Position numbers and translations under genes: made by a program
The notes under the pieces: model-generated
Told to the model about the DNA's origin: nothing
Databases searched by the model: none
Seen by the model: only the letters and a program-made list of their open reading frames with translations
Origin: a virus
DNA: 64,000 nt
Direction: 5' to 3' (one strand)
Virus record (IMG/VR): IMGVR_UViG_3300028394_002801
Span: 1-64,000 of that record
Part shown: positions 21,228 through 33,100 of the stretch, in pieces
Layout of the letters: each line of letters begins with the position of its first letter
How positions within the stretch are numbered: the first letter of the stretch is position 1

Positions 21228-22601
21228 TTACAAAAAATTATCATTAGTATTTTTCTTAACCAATAATTCCTTAATCCTTTCTTTCTTACGTTCAACTTGT
21301 TGTTCTTCAAATCCAAGGAATGTTGCAGTTGTATCTGTATCAATTTCAAGCATTTCATTATCAAACTTGCAATTCTCAAATACTATACCATCTTTTCCAA
21401 TCCTTGATTTGGTAATAGCAACTGTGGCCAAATTCATCTCCTTTTGTTGAAGACTTTTTGCAATACTAATAATAACATGCCCAACTTGTGCCTTCTTTAT
21501 TGAACCCCCCATCTGGTCATTTGTCACCACATTTGCAGAAATTGAAGACCTATTTCCTTGTGTACCAAGCCATCCAGCAATATTTAACTCATGGCACATA
21601 GCCTCAAAATGACGTATAACAGATCCCTCGTTTTTCCAATCATCATTACCTTGTCTATCAGGCACAACACAATCAATATAGTCCAACACAACCAAGTCAA
21701 GTTTAATGCCATCAGCAATAACCTTTCTTATTTGATTCTTTATTTGGTTCATTGTCAATGTGTCAGATGGTAATTTCTTTAATATTAGTTTATTTGTGTG
21801 GGTCTCTTTTATTTTATTAACCGTTTCAAATACTATTTCTTTATTGTTAGGTAATTCATCTGGGGCTATTTTTGTCCAAAGGGTAATATGCTTTCTCTGA
21901 ATAATTTTTGGGTTATCTTCAAAAAAGATATGCAACACATTATAATTGTTATTGAACGCAGTATTTGCAACCAAGGTCAATAGGGTTGATTTGCCAATAC
22001 CTGGGCCTGCAAATATAATACCAACCTCCCCCTTGGCTAAACCCCCCTTTAAGAGAGTGTCTATACCCTTCACACCCATTGGTATGGGGTGCCTATAATC
22101 CTCATCTAATACACCAATCAAATCATTGAAAACTTCAAAACCATTTGATTCTTTAACCCCAACTTGCAAGGCGTATCTTAACAACTCCTCAAGTTGGTCA
22201 TAAGATTCAAAATCACCCTCATTAATAACTTTCTGTGCCTTTTCCAAAACAATCTTAACTTCCTCTTGTTTGCAGAATTTAAGTGCCTTTTCTTGGACAA
22301 GTTCAACACCATCAAGTGGTGCTGAACTTACTTTGGATATGGTATCAATAACAATTTTTAAAGCCAATTCTTGTGATATTTCAGATTTGGCAATCATATT
22401 TAATGTTTCAAAGTTTGGGGCAGCATCATATTTTTTATGATACTCCTTAATCATTTGTATGATTAACTTAAAATACTTATTCTCAAAATAAGATATTTTA
22501 ATAAAATCCAATATGGCTCTTGCAAATTCCTTATCTAATATAATCTGGTTGATTAACTGCAATTGGAATGTCTGACCCAAGTAATCAAAATTCTTTGACA
22601 T
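21228..22601 (-). CDS. dnaB: replicative DNA helicase (DnaB / T4 gp41-like)
   Basis: Walker A AGPGIGKST, Walker B VVLDYID, TQGNR and KSRIG motifs. Confidence 0.9.
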   Translation of the reverse strand: MSKNFDYLGQTFQLQLINQIILDKEFARAILDFIKISYFENKYFKLIIQMIKEYHKKYDAAPNFETLNMIAKSEISQELALKIVIDTISKVSSAPLDGVELVQEKALKFCKQEEVKIVLEKAQKVINEGDFESYDQLEELLRYALQVGVKESNGFEVFNDLIGVLDEDYRHPIPMGVKGIDTLLKGGLAKGEVGIIFAGPGIGKSTLLTLVANTAFNNNYNVLHIFFEDNPKIIQRKHITLWTKIAPDELPNNKEIVFETVNKIKETHTNKLILKKLPSDTLTMNQIKNQIRKVIADGIKLDLVVLDYIDCVVPDRQGNDDWKNEGSVIRHFEAMCHELNIAGWLGTQGNRSSISANVVTNDQMGGSIKKAQVGHVIISIAKSLQQKEMNLATVAITKSRIGKDGIVFENCKFDNEMLEIDTDTTATFLGFEEQQVERKKERIKELLVKKNTNDNFL

Positions 22602-22611
22602 AAAAAAAAGA

Positions 22612-23070
22612 TTAATGGTTAGATAATAAATTTTTCTCTAAATACTCATGTGTTAAATTTTCATTTATTAAAATATTTGTCAAATCCTTTAATGAATCTT
22701 TAATGAAGTGGCGAATATCAACAGTATATCTAACTTTTGGTGGATATTGTTTTCCATCAACAATTCTATGAGATACAATCTGGTCGCCAATTTTAACATA
22801 AATATTAAACAATTCAGGCTCATCTGTGGAAGATGTTTCCATAATTGAGGGGTCGTATAAAATACTATCCTTGTTTTCCATAAGATACCCAATTGACTTC
22901 ATTTTCAAATAATGTGTCAAATCTTCTGAAAAATACTTTACAAATTCATAAAGTTCTAAAGAATCCTTTGCATCTGGATTAATGTTTTTAATGTTTAAAA
23001 ATCTCTGAACAATAATGTTGTTGTTCAATGTTAGCAAGAATTCAACCTTTGTTACATCACTCTGTCTCAT
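22612..23070 (-). CDS. hypothetical protein in replication operon
   Basis: 152-aa ORF filling the gap between the exonuclease and helicase genes. Confidence 0.6.
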   Translation of the reverse strand: MRQSDVTKVEFLLTLNNNIIVQRFLNIKNINPDAKDSLELYEFVKYFSEDLTHYLKMKSIGYLMENKDSILYDPSIMETSSTDEPELFNIYVKIGDQIVSHRIVDGKQYPPKVRYTVDIRHFIKDSLKDLTNILINENLTHEYLEKNLLSNH

Positions 23071-23087
23071 AATACTTTTTTTTGTTG

Positions 23088-24077
23088 TTAAAATTTTTTT
23101 TCTTTTCTACTTAATTTCATAAATGGTTTAACAAAATCAACCCAAGCATCGTCTTTCTTTGGTAAGAATTTGAAAAAACCATCATCTCTCATTAACTTTA
23201 ATAAGTTCTTATAACTTCTGTCTGTTGGGTCTAACCTTTCATTGTAAATCTCATAAACCATATTTTTGCCTTCATCTGTGATTAACGGATTTCTTAAATC
23301 AATTATCTTTCCTGTTTTCTCAAAAAACTCATCCCCAACCAAACCAGATTTACTAATACCAGATATTAAATTACTCAAAGTCTTGCTTTTGTTCTGCTCA
23401 AACAACAATTTTGCCTCATTCAATACCTCACCCAAAGTGTAATCCCTCTTATCAAAATTAGGAAAAAATGTTTTCAATTTCTTCTCACCAAAATTTGTGA
23501 TACCATAAATGTTGTCAGATGTATCACCAATCAATACTTTATAAACATAAACATTATTATGCGGAATATCAATGTTTTTGAAATGAATTAAATCCCCTTT
23601 CTTGGAATATGTTTTTGAAACCGGAGAATATAATGTAACATTATCTGTTATCAATTGTGTTAAATCCTTATCCCCAGAAAAAATAATCATATTCTCATCC
23701 TTTGCAATGTGGGTATAATGGGCAATCAAATCATCAGCCTCATTTTGCTCCACAACACATTGTCTTACAAAAACTTCTTCAAGATAATCTTTAACCCTCT
23801 CCCTTTGGTAAAGGTAGGATTCATACTTATAATCATCCAAAGAAATTCTACGATTTTCCTTGTATCTTGGGTATATGTTTTTTCTTATTAGTGAGTTGTC
23901 ATTCCCATCCCAAAATACAACAACTTTATTATGATTATGTTTATCAAGAAATAATCTAATTGTATTTAGAAAATGGAAAACCCCACCAATATGTTTGCCT
24001 TCAGAATAAAATTCACGAACGCCATGAAAACCAATTGTAAATAAATTGTTTCCATCTATTAGTAGGGTTTTCTTCAT
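23088..24077 (-). CDS. 5'-3' exonuclease / flap endonuclease (T4 RNase H / PolA N-terminal-like)
   Basis: LLIDGNN, YKENR, EADDLIA, SGDKDLTQL and GDTSDNIYG motifs; start at ATG 24077. Confidence 0.9.
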   Translation of the reverse strand: MKKTLLIDGNNLFTIGFHGVREFYSEGKHIGGVFHFLNTIRLFLDKHNHNKVVVFWDGNDNSLIRKNIYPRYKENRRISLDDYKYESYLYQRERVKDYLEEVFVRQCVVEQNEADDLIAHYTHIAKDENMIIFSGDKDLTQLITDNVTLYSPVSKTYSKKGDLIHFKNIDIPHNNVYVYKVLIGDTSDNIYGITNFGEKKLKTFFPNFDKRDYTLGEVLNEAKLLFEQNKSKTLSNLISGISKSGLVGDEFFEKTGKIIDLRNPLITDEGKNMVYEIYNERLDPTDRSYKNLLKLMRDDGFFKFLPKKDDAWVDFVKPFMKLSRKEKKF

Positions 24078-24078
24078 A

Positions 24079-25083
24079 TTATTCAAAAATTATTGCATCC
24101 TCTTCTTCCTTTTCAGAAAAAGTGATATCCCCTTCCCCAGATAAAATACCATTCCAGTATTGAGAATATTCCTTTTTATATTTCTCAATGGATTCTTTTG
24201 TATCCGGTAAATAACCTTGGGGAACTGCCAATATCTTCCCATCTTTATATGCAATACCAGTCACATGGTTCTTTAAAATTGACACCTTTGTTCTAATTGC
24301 ATAAGAAACAGTTCTACCATTCTTTGTTGCTGTAATATGGTTAATACCAGAATTCTTCTGATTTCCAAATAAGAATATTAATGATGATGCCAACCATAAT
24401 GCCTCACCACCTTTTGCCTTGATTGTTGGCTGACCAAATGGTGAATCTGGTAACTCTACCCAAGGTTGGTTAATAACAACCATTGTGTTATGATAGGGGT
24501 AATCTTCTTTCTTTGATTTTGAAATCCTTGAATGCAAACCCATTCCAATCTTATCAGCAAGAACAGCCGCATTATGCATTTTACCCCCCTTACCATCATA
24601 AGTCATCTTGCAAGGTATTGATCCAATACTATCAATCAAGAACAGAACAGAATATGGTAATTCACCTTTTTCTTGGGCATCCAATATCTCATTGATGAAC
24701 TCTGTCATTTGCTCAATATAATCAAATGAATCATTAAATATGAAATCACCATCCCACTCATTATCATCATTAAGTTCAGCATTCAAGCCCAATTCAACAG
24801 CATGTGCCCAATTCCACTTCTTTTCTGTAATAATGAATATAGGTAAATGACCCTTCTTTTGAGCATCTGCTGCGGCTAATATCATTGCAGTTGTCTTACT
24901 TGTATTAGAGTGTCCCAAGAACATACTAATACCCCCCATTACTGGCCCAGGAACACCACAAGCATTATAAAAAGCATCACCACATGAATAATAATCCTCT
25001 GGTTTATACTTTGTTTTTGTTGAAAACTTCTCCTTGATAGCATCAACACTAGTTGCTGCACCCTTTTTCTTTATTCCTGCCAT
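24079..25083 (-). CDS. recA: RecA/UvsX-like recombinase
   Basis: P-loop GHSNTSKTT, FLIDSIGS, VINQPW and GGEAL motifs; next to the SSB gene. Confidence 0.8.
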   Translation of the reverse strand: MAGIKKKGAATSVDAIKEKFSTKTKYKPEDYYSCGDAFYNACGVPGPVMGGISMFLGHSNTSKTTAMILAAADAQKKGHLPIFIITEKKWNWAHAVELGLNAELNDDNEWDGDFIFNDSFDYIEQMTEFINEILDAQEKGELPYSVLFLIDSIGSIPCKMTYDGKGGKMHNAAVLADKIGMGLHSRISKSKKEDYPYHNTMVVINQPWVELPDSPFGQPTIKAKGGEALWLASSLIFLFGNQKNSGINHITATKNGRTVSYAIRTKVSILKNHVTGIAYKDGKILAVPQGYLPDTKESIEKYKKEYSQYWNGILSGEGDITFSEKEEEDAIIFE

Positions 25084-25103
25084 ATGTTTTTTGATTTAAA
25101 AAT

Positions 25104-25156
25104 AGAGATTTTTTGCACAAAGCATTCTTTTATGGTACTTTTTGCAAAAAATCTCT
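25104..25156. terminator. long stem-loop between ssb and recA (terminator or processing site)
   Basis: perfect 14-bp inverted repeat AGAGATTTTTTGCA / TGCAAAAAATCTCT. Confidence 0.6.
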
Positions 25157-25166
25157 TTTAGGTTAA

Positions 25167-26024
25167 TTAAAATGGTAAATCATCATCATTGTAGTCATCC
25201 TCAACAACCACATTTGTTTCTTTAACTATTGCGTTTTTTGCAACAGTTGCCCCTCCAAAGGAGGCTTCAGAATTTGATGTATTTAAATACACATATTTGC
25301 CCTGGGATTCATCCCATCTTGGGGATTCACCTCTTGAAATTGCTTCAAGATATTCTAATGGTTTTCTACTATAAACATCTCTCCATGTTGATTCATCTGT
25401 TGCCCATTTTTTTGCAAGATTTTCATCTTGTGATAATGGTGTTGGATCATCATACATAATTGTTGAAACACTTGTATATTCCTTACCTTTAGGACTTTTT
25501 GACTTAACTAACTCAATAATCAAGTCTCTTCCAGCATCCATATCAGATATATCCCCCTTGTTTCTGAAGATTGGAATAATCTTGTCAAGAATACCATCTT
25601 TCTTGTAATTGTGTTTGAACCTCCAATATTTTGGTCCATCTTGTTGATTATCACGGTCAATCACCTTAACAACATAGAATAACTTGGCTTTATAATCTTT
25701 TGCCATCTCATCATCATCTTTTCTCTTTGTTGCTTTAAGTGCATTATACACGTCAGTCAAAGGGGATGCTTCATTGTCATTTCCTGCTGGGTCATAAATC
25801 TTTTGGTAGTAACCACCAACTTGTAATTCATGAAACCATGCCTCCTTAAATACAGATGAACCATCTACTGTAGGTAAAATTCTAATCCTTTTTTGCCCTG
25901 TACTTTCTTTGTCATTTAACAATAATGTAAAATAACGCTTCATTCTGTCCTCTTGTGATAATTTTTGGGAGTCCCCTTTTTGGTTTTTTTCATACTGCGC
26001 CATTATGGCATCTAAATTCGACAT
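25167..26024 (-). CDS. single-stranded DNA-binding protein (T4 gp32-like)
   Basis: RIRILP, FKEAWFH, VKVIDRD and GRDL motifs; acidic tail DDYNDDDLPF. Confidence 0.85.
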   Translation of the reverse strand: MSNLDAIMAQYEKNQKGDSQKLSQEDRMKRYFTLLLNDKESTGQKRIRILPTVDGSSVFKEAWFHELQVGGYYQKIYDPAGNDNEASPLTDVYNALKATKRKDDDEMAKDYKAKLFYVVKVIDRDNQQDGPKYWRFKHNYKKDGILDKIIPIFRNKGDISDMDAGRDLIIELVKSKSPKGKEYTSVSTIMYDDPTPLSQDENLAKKWATDESTWRDVYSRKPLEYLEAISRGESPRWDESQGKYVYLNTSNSEASFGGATVAKNAIVKETNVVVEDDYNDDDLPF

Positions 26025-26085
26025 ATTATATAGTTTTTGTTTACAATTTTTTAACTCTACAACAATAGGTAAGTTTTACTGAAAA

Positions 26086-26109
26086 AAAAAGGGGTGTTAC
26101 CCCCTTTTT
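26086..26109 (-). terminator. rho-independent terminator
   Basis: AAAAAGGGG-tgttac-CCCCTTTTT with long A/T flanks, downstream of 26130..26852. Confidence 0.75.
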
Positions 26110-26129
26110 CTAAAAAAAATATTTATTAC

Positions 26130-26852
26130 TTAAATTCTATCATTGTAATTTTGTTCATCAGTATACTCTTCATCATCATTTGATGATGTATAAAAAGTAT
26201 CCTTAATTTCATTAGGGTTGATGTTTGCCACATCATCAGTAGTTAAAACATAATCATTCTTTCCACTCTTTTGCATATCAACTTGTTTGTCATCAAAAAA
26301 TTGTGATAACTTCTGATTAAAAGGATAAGAATCATATGTCCTTAATTCAAGTTTTTCTTCTGGAGTTTTTTCCCTGTATTTTTCAACCTTAGAATCTATT
26401 GCATTCAACTTATCAAAAATACTATCCATAGTTGCCAACTTTTCTTCCAACTTATTAATTTGAGAAAACAAATTGTCAAAATATTCATTTTGTTTTGTTT
26501 CCATATTTTTTTGACTTGAAACCAAATCTGTGATATCTAACTCTTCTGAATCATCCCCTTCTTCTTTGCTATCACCTTCATCATCAATAGCCATAACATC
26601 ATCATCAGCCTCAACATCTATTGGCTCTGGATTTGCAGCACTTAAAGGGTCTTCACCCCCTCCTGGAGGTATTGGCGAAACTTCACCCGGAGGTGTTGTA
26701 GGTGCATTAGGCATTGGAGCAGCCATAGGGTCAACTGGAGGTGCCCCCATAGGGTCAACCGGAGGTGCTGCAAGTGCGTCTTGCTCTGTAATATACCTAT
26801 TTATATTATGGTATCTATTAATTTCATCTAATATTTTCTGATCTATTTTCAT
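26130..26852 (-). CDS. acidic Pro-rich coiled-coil protein (possible prohead core/scaffold-like)
   Basis: APPVDPM duplication, D/E-rich middle and coiled-coil C-terminal half; likely start is ATG 26852. Confidence 0.55.
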   Translation of the reverse strand: MKIDQKILDEINRYHNINRYITEQDALAAPPVDPMGAPPVDPMAAPMPNAPTTPPGEVSPIPPGGGEDPLSAANPEPIDVEADDDVMAIDDEGDSKEEGDDSEELDITDLVSSQKNMETKQNEYFDNLFSQINKLEEKLATMDSIFDKLNAIDSKVEKYREKTPEEKLELRTYDSYPFNQKLSQFFDDKQVDMQKSGKNDYVLTTDDVANINPNEIKDTFYTSSNDDEEYTDEQNYNDRI

Positions 26853-26856
26853 TTTA

Positions 26857-27063
26857 TTAATCATTTAACAATTCTTTTATACCCCCATGAGTTTTAACCT
26901 TAACTTGTCTATTTACTGTTTTAGTTTCAGTTCTTTCTATTAAACCATCTTTTTCCCTAACAACAAAACACTCACCTGTGATTAGGTCACAAACCTCTTT
27001 TGAACCATCATCCAATGTTTGTTCTTTTGTGGATTTTAAGTAATTATTCAAATTTTCAATCAT
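26857..27063 (-). CDS. small hypothetical protein
   Basis: 68 aa; TATTTATA motif (27080-27087) lies 16 nt upstream. Confidence 0.65.
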   Translation of the reverse strand: MIENLNNYLKSTKEQTLDDGSKEVCDLITGECFVVREKDGLIERTETKTVNRQVKVKTHGGIKELLND

Positions 27064-27115
27064 ATTATTTTATTTTACATATAAATATACCAATAATTTA
27101 AATTATCAAAATAAT

Positions 27116-30100
27116 TTACTCCAATTTTGGGTATAAAATTAATTTTGTATAATTTGTCCGCCAATATTTAATATTCAATAATTTGTTTTCATTTGAAATG
27201 ATATCCCCAATTGTATCATTCTCTTCATCTTTTTGATTTCCCTTGCTAAAATTGGGACTATCTTCAATTGAATCTCTAATAGTTTTTTCAGTTATTTTGT
27301 AAGTAATTGCTTCTGTTTGCCCAGATTCCGCAATAAACTTAAAACCAGTATAAGGAATATTGTCAGATTCCTTATCTATCTTTAAACTCACAGATATACT
27401 ATATGTATCTGCTGATTTAACCTTAATATCAAAAGATGAAACAACTACCTTTGGTGCACTATCTAATATATATAATCTTACCAACGTATCTTCTATGGTC
27501 TTATTCATTGCATCCAAATATAACAATTCTTTTGGATTCTTTGCCTCAAAAAACATATCAAGAGAATATGGTAAACTATATTCTGGTTCTGCTGGTTTCC
27601 TAATTACTTTAATATTATTGTAGGTATATTCACACACCTTACTTAATTTAGTTTTCTCTGACTTGTTTCTTGCACTAACATATAATTCTTTTTGGCTTTC
27701 TGTAACTTCTGCTGGGGGTGTTAAAGCCTTTAATGATGCATTAGCATCTGCAAATTTCTTATCTAATTTAGCATAAAAATTTTCCTTAGACAATCTTTCA
27801 TAATTCACTCTAGCACCTAAGTTTGCATCATTACTAAAATTCTGACCATATAGCCAAACTGTAATATATAATTCAGTAAAAGAACTTGACCCTTCCAAAC
27901 CAGAAAAAAGACTAGAAAAATCAGTCAAGGCTGATTGCATAAATTGCACATATAACTCAAATGATTTAAAAATTGCAAAAGGTGTTTGTATTTTTTTATT
28001 TTCAACACTTATTGCACAATAAAATAACTGATCAGGTGCATTATAAAGTGAAATATCACCCCTATTATAGGTTAACCATACATTTCCAAAATTATTGTGA
28101 TTTGCCTTGAATCCATCTTTATCATAAGATGCCAAATAAGTAATTAGATAGATATTATCTGCCATTTTCTTATCTGGAACCAACGAATTTATTGCTGCAT
28201 GAATTTGTGTGGCTGATGAATAAGTTATTAATTCCTCTGTTGTTTGTTCATAATTAGCATAATCCGCATATAAATACTTCCCACATACACTTGAATTTGT
28301 TTGTTTTGAATCACTAGTTTGTGTGCTATTTGTTGCAGTAGCCTTTTCATCTTTTTCATTAACAATTGATTTTGAATAATTACTTTCAATCTTTGTTAAT
28401 AAATTTTCATTAATACTTGTAAGATATGTATCTGTGCTAGGGGGTGAATATATACTTTGCCTAACCCCTGTAAATGTTGTTTCAAATGAACCTGGTGCAA
28501 TGTTATGTGAAACTTCTGTAATAAAATAAGGGCCCCCAAACATAGGAACATGTTCCAAATTGAAATACATTGTTGGTTGTATCAACGCATTACCCAGACA
28601 GTTAATTGTTGACTTATAACTCAAGTTCTTATACAAGTTAAATAAGGATACACTCTGTGTTGTTACCTCCCTATTTGATACATTATTTCTTAAAGCCTCT
28701 TGTTGGGTTAATGATTCAAGAGTTGCTGTACCACTATTCTGGTCAACTTGGATACCATAGAATATGGCTTGATTTCTAATTCCTGCATCAACCAAGAAAC
28801 TAACACACTTATTTGATTGCGACCAGTCTTTCTTGCCTGCCTGATCCTCCAAAAAAGGTATCTTTGATGGCTTTAGCATATCAATAGCATCATCCCCATA
28901 CCTAAAATCTTTTGGTCCGGATGGAGTTGTTGAACCCCTACCAGAATACATGCAAACCAATTTTGGTCCTGATTTCCTATAATCAACATCAGAATAATTG
29001 CCCCAAACATCATTTGCTATTTCTGTTGAATTTTGAATAATATCATCAATATTATCTGCCGCAGATAATGCCCCATAAAAATTAACATAAGATGGCATTG
29101 GCAAAACATTAAAGTTATTTTTAACCAAAATACCCCCAATAAAGTTGAATACAGGTGTTTTTACATTTGTTTTTGCCCCAACAAAAATCTTCTTTAAATC
29201 AAAAATATCAACATAATATAAATCCCCTATGTTTCTATTCCCCCTATCCAAAAATAAAACATCCTCAAATAACGTTCTACTTGTATAATCACTACCAGAT
29301 ATCCATTTATCATTTATGGATTTGAATGTCTCATATAAATCATATTTTGAAAACTTACTATCTAATCCTGATGTTATCTGATTGATTTCAACAATATCAA
29401 TATTATTTATCTCCCTCTTCAATAAGGATAAAGTTTGATTCACATTATCTTTCAAGAAGGTATCCAAGGCTTTTTGGTTATTATCTAGTAAAACCAAGAA
29501 TTCTTGTTTTGTAATGTTTGGGTTCTTTAACTTTTGTGTTGCATATATCTTTATTGGTTTTGCAAGTGCAATGATATTCTCTGATGTGAATTGGATATTG
29601 TTGTCAATGAAGAAATCTGTAATATATGAACCACCGTTCTTATATTTTAATGATTCAATTGTTGAAAATCCAATATGTAACTTTAATGTTTCCCAAGCAG
29701 GGGCATTTGATAATTCAGATGTTTGAAGTGATATGTTATTTGGCAAACTATTTGCCACATAACCCTTAAACCTTTTTGGGTTTTGAATGGTTGAATTTCC
29801 CCCCAAATGACTTATCAATGAATTATATTCATATCTGTCATATTGTGTTGGATTTCCATACTTAAACAAAACATCATAACTTAAAAATGCATCCAAGAAT
29901 TCTCTAATGTTCTGTATTTGATACTCTGCTGATTTATTGTACAAATCCAAATTATTCAAGTTAAGATAATTAGATGGAATTTCCATCAAATTTCTATATA
30001 ATAACTGGAAATTCCTATAAGCAGCAACAGGATTTCCAAACTCCAAGCCAACCAAATTTATCTGATCCTTATTCTCATTTATGTCATAAATAGATTTGCT

Positions 30101-33100
30101 AAAATCCAAAAACTCATTCTCAAATAAATTTAATGTATCATAATCAAAAACAGAAAACATATCCTCAATTGAAGCATAATCTGCACCCCCAGAATTTAAT
30201 AATGAAAATGAATTAATATCTTTCTTACTATTCAAATATTCTGTTGGTAATGGTTTCTTCAAATCTTTAAATGTAAATGAGTTAAATGTATCTTGCATTG
30301 TAACATTAACTGCACCATTATGCGCAACATTCAATAAGTCATCCAAAGAATCATAATTATATGAACTAGTTTGAAATAAATTATTATTAGGTATATTGTT
30401 ATTTGTTGATGGTAAAATATAATATTTTGATGTTAAACTAAAGTCAACATCCTCACAATAATCACTAAACATTGAACTATCATATATATTTTTTGGTACT
30501 AAAGTTGTATAACAATTAAAAGTCAATCCGCTTTTTGGAAATTCAAATGATTTAATCACCTTTAAACCCCTCTTTTGATTTGCAATCAATTCATTATTTG
30601 TAAACCCAGAAAATAAATCATAGCCATTCAAGAAGGCATTATAATCATTCATCATAACCGGATAAAATCCAACATCCACATTATTGCCAGATTTAAGATT
30701 TATAGTTTGATTTTCATTTACAATATATTGGAAATTTGAATCTATATTATAGTTTGACTTGTAATCAAAATCTTTCCACACATCATCCAAAAAGTCATCT
30801 CCTGTCTTAACATAATTCTTATACCTATGCCAAATGGATCCATATTTCAATATCCAAGCATATGGCAACTTATGCAAAGCAGAATACTTTATGAAGGCCG
30901 CAAAAACGTGCCCATTCTTCTCCCTTTGCCCTCTGGTGATAAAAAAGTTGGTCAGGGGTGATAATGGTAGGCTGTTCAAAAAAAGATAAGCAGAAGCAAT
31001 ATATGGATGTTTTTCCCCTGCTCTCCATTTGCTAACTCCGAGTTGAATTGCATTTGTGAAGATAGGTGTGTTAATCAATCCTCTCAATTGATTTGATGAA
31101 AAATTCTCTTGAAATATCTGCCCATATGTTGCCCCTCCTTGTGAGGCAAAGAATTTGAATGGTCTATTTATTACAGCTTGGTTATAGTCGTTGAAATTTG
31201 TTATTACGTTCCTTTTTGTATTAAAAAGAATTGTATTCTTTGTATCAAATTTATTTGGGAAAGTATTGATTAAGTTCTCATCAACCCATGTTGCATCTGT
31301 AAAAGGATATGTAAAATTTATATCCCCCTCAATTGGGGCTTTCTGTATAGCATCTGTAATTGTCTTGATTGTTTCCTCCCTCAAGTTGTTTGAAAAATTG
31401 TCTGTTGCTAACTTAAAATCATTTATATCATATATCTTGCTTGGGGCATCTAATATATCAATAATATATTTTGAGTTTGGTGTGCCATCCAAATATTTGT
31501 TATACCTCTCTGAAACACCGCTTGATAAAGATTGCAAAAGTTCACCGTAGTTGTTATAATCCAATCCCCCTTCTGAAAATAATATGTTTTTTAGTTGCTG
31601 GATGAATATTATGGAATTTGTCTTTAATGTGTTGCTTATGTTTTTGAATTCATTTTCCTTAATTAAAAATCCAATTCTTTTATCCTTCTCATAAATGGCT
31701 GAAAATCCTGAATTATATGATGATAGAATAAGCCTATCCCAAAGTTCATATAAGAACTTCACATTTGATGTCAGTTCATATGGTAAGGTGGTAAAGGGAT
31801 ATTCTATGGTGTTGGGTACATAACTATCTCTAATTATCTTATCTGAATCAAGAATATCACTTGGCGATGGAACTTCCAAACGTTTGGAATAACCATTTAT
31901 ATATTCCTCAACAAATTCAACTTCAGGCCATTTATCATAGTAATAACCTTTTGTAACATTAACAACAGTTGGATCACCAGGATAAATTAACTCATATTTG
32001 TTTGCATTTTTCTTATCATTTGTATAAAATACTGTTGGCCAAGGAAAAACAAATTGGTCAACATTTGGGGTATTGCTATTATCATCAACAGAAATCTTAT
32101 CACTACCTAATACCGCATTTTTTCTATCAACATCACTCCTAACATTCCAAGCAGAATTATGAACATCCTCCATCAACCTAAGAAAACCTTCTGTTGTTGC
32201 CATAATTACTGCAATCACATTTTTGATTGTTGGCTTAAAACCAATTCCTGTTTCCTTTTTTTCAATCTTTAATGCTAATTCCTGAGATAATGCTTGTTCA
32301 ATACCATTTAACTCATTGATGAATTTTGATTCCATCAAATTCCTTTCATCAATAAACCGTGTAACATTAAAAACTGGTGTGGTTTTTGTTTCCCCTGATA
32401 AAGTATATGTGTAAAATATATTCTTTTCTATTCTACTACGGCAAATGTCCTCTGTTAAAGTTGGAATTTCACTTATAGGAATTGATTTATTCTTTGATTT
32501 GTATGTTGTACACCAATCTATATCAGCATTAACCACATTAAACAAATCATAATTTATGTTATTTTGAATTGGTGATGTACCGTAAATCCCAAAGGTGGGG
32601 TTATCATTTAATTCAGTAGTATATTTTGATATTATGGTTTTCAAATCACTTTCAACCAGAAACAATTTACCATCCTTAATATTATCAATAAGTTCTTTCT
32701 TAACCCCAAATATAACATCATCTGTATTATTTAACCTTATAGGGGTTGAATCCAAATATTTGTTAAACCAAGACCTAAGATTGCCACGTATTTCTTGGTA
32801 ATAATTGGTAAGAAACTTCTTATACCTCTTTCCATCTGTTAACTTCTGAACATCAACTTTATTTAATGAGTTCAACACATTTTGCTCAAACATTTCAAGT
32901 TTATATATCAATTCAGATAGTGTTAACTCCGGAAAATTAGCATCAATTAATTCCTTTGATTTATAATCCTTATATACTTCTATTATTTTTTGATAACCAA
33001 TTTCTGTATTAACCTCAAATACTTTCTCATCCCCCAATGAACTTTGTGTTACCCCATCTAAGTGATTGACAATGTTATTTATTTGGGATGGTGTCAAATT

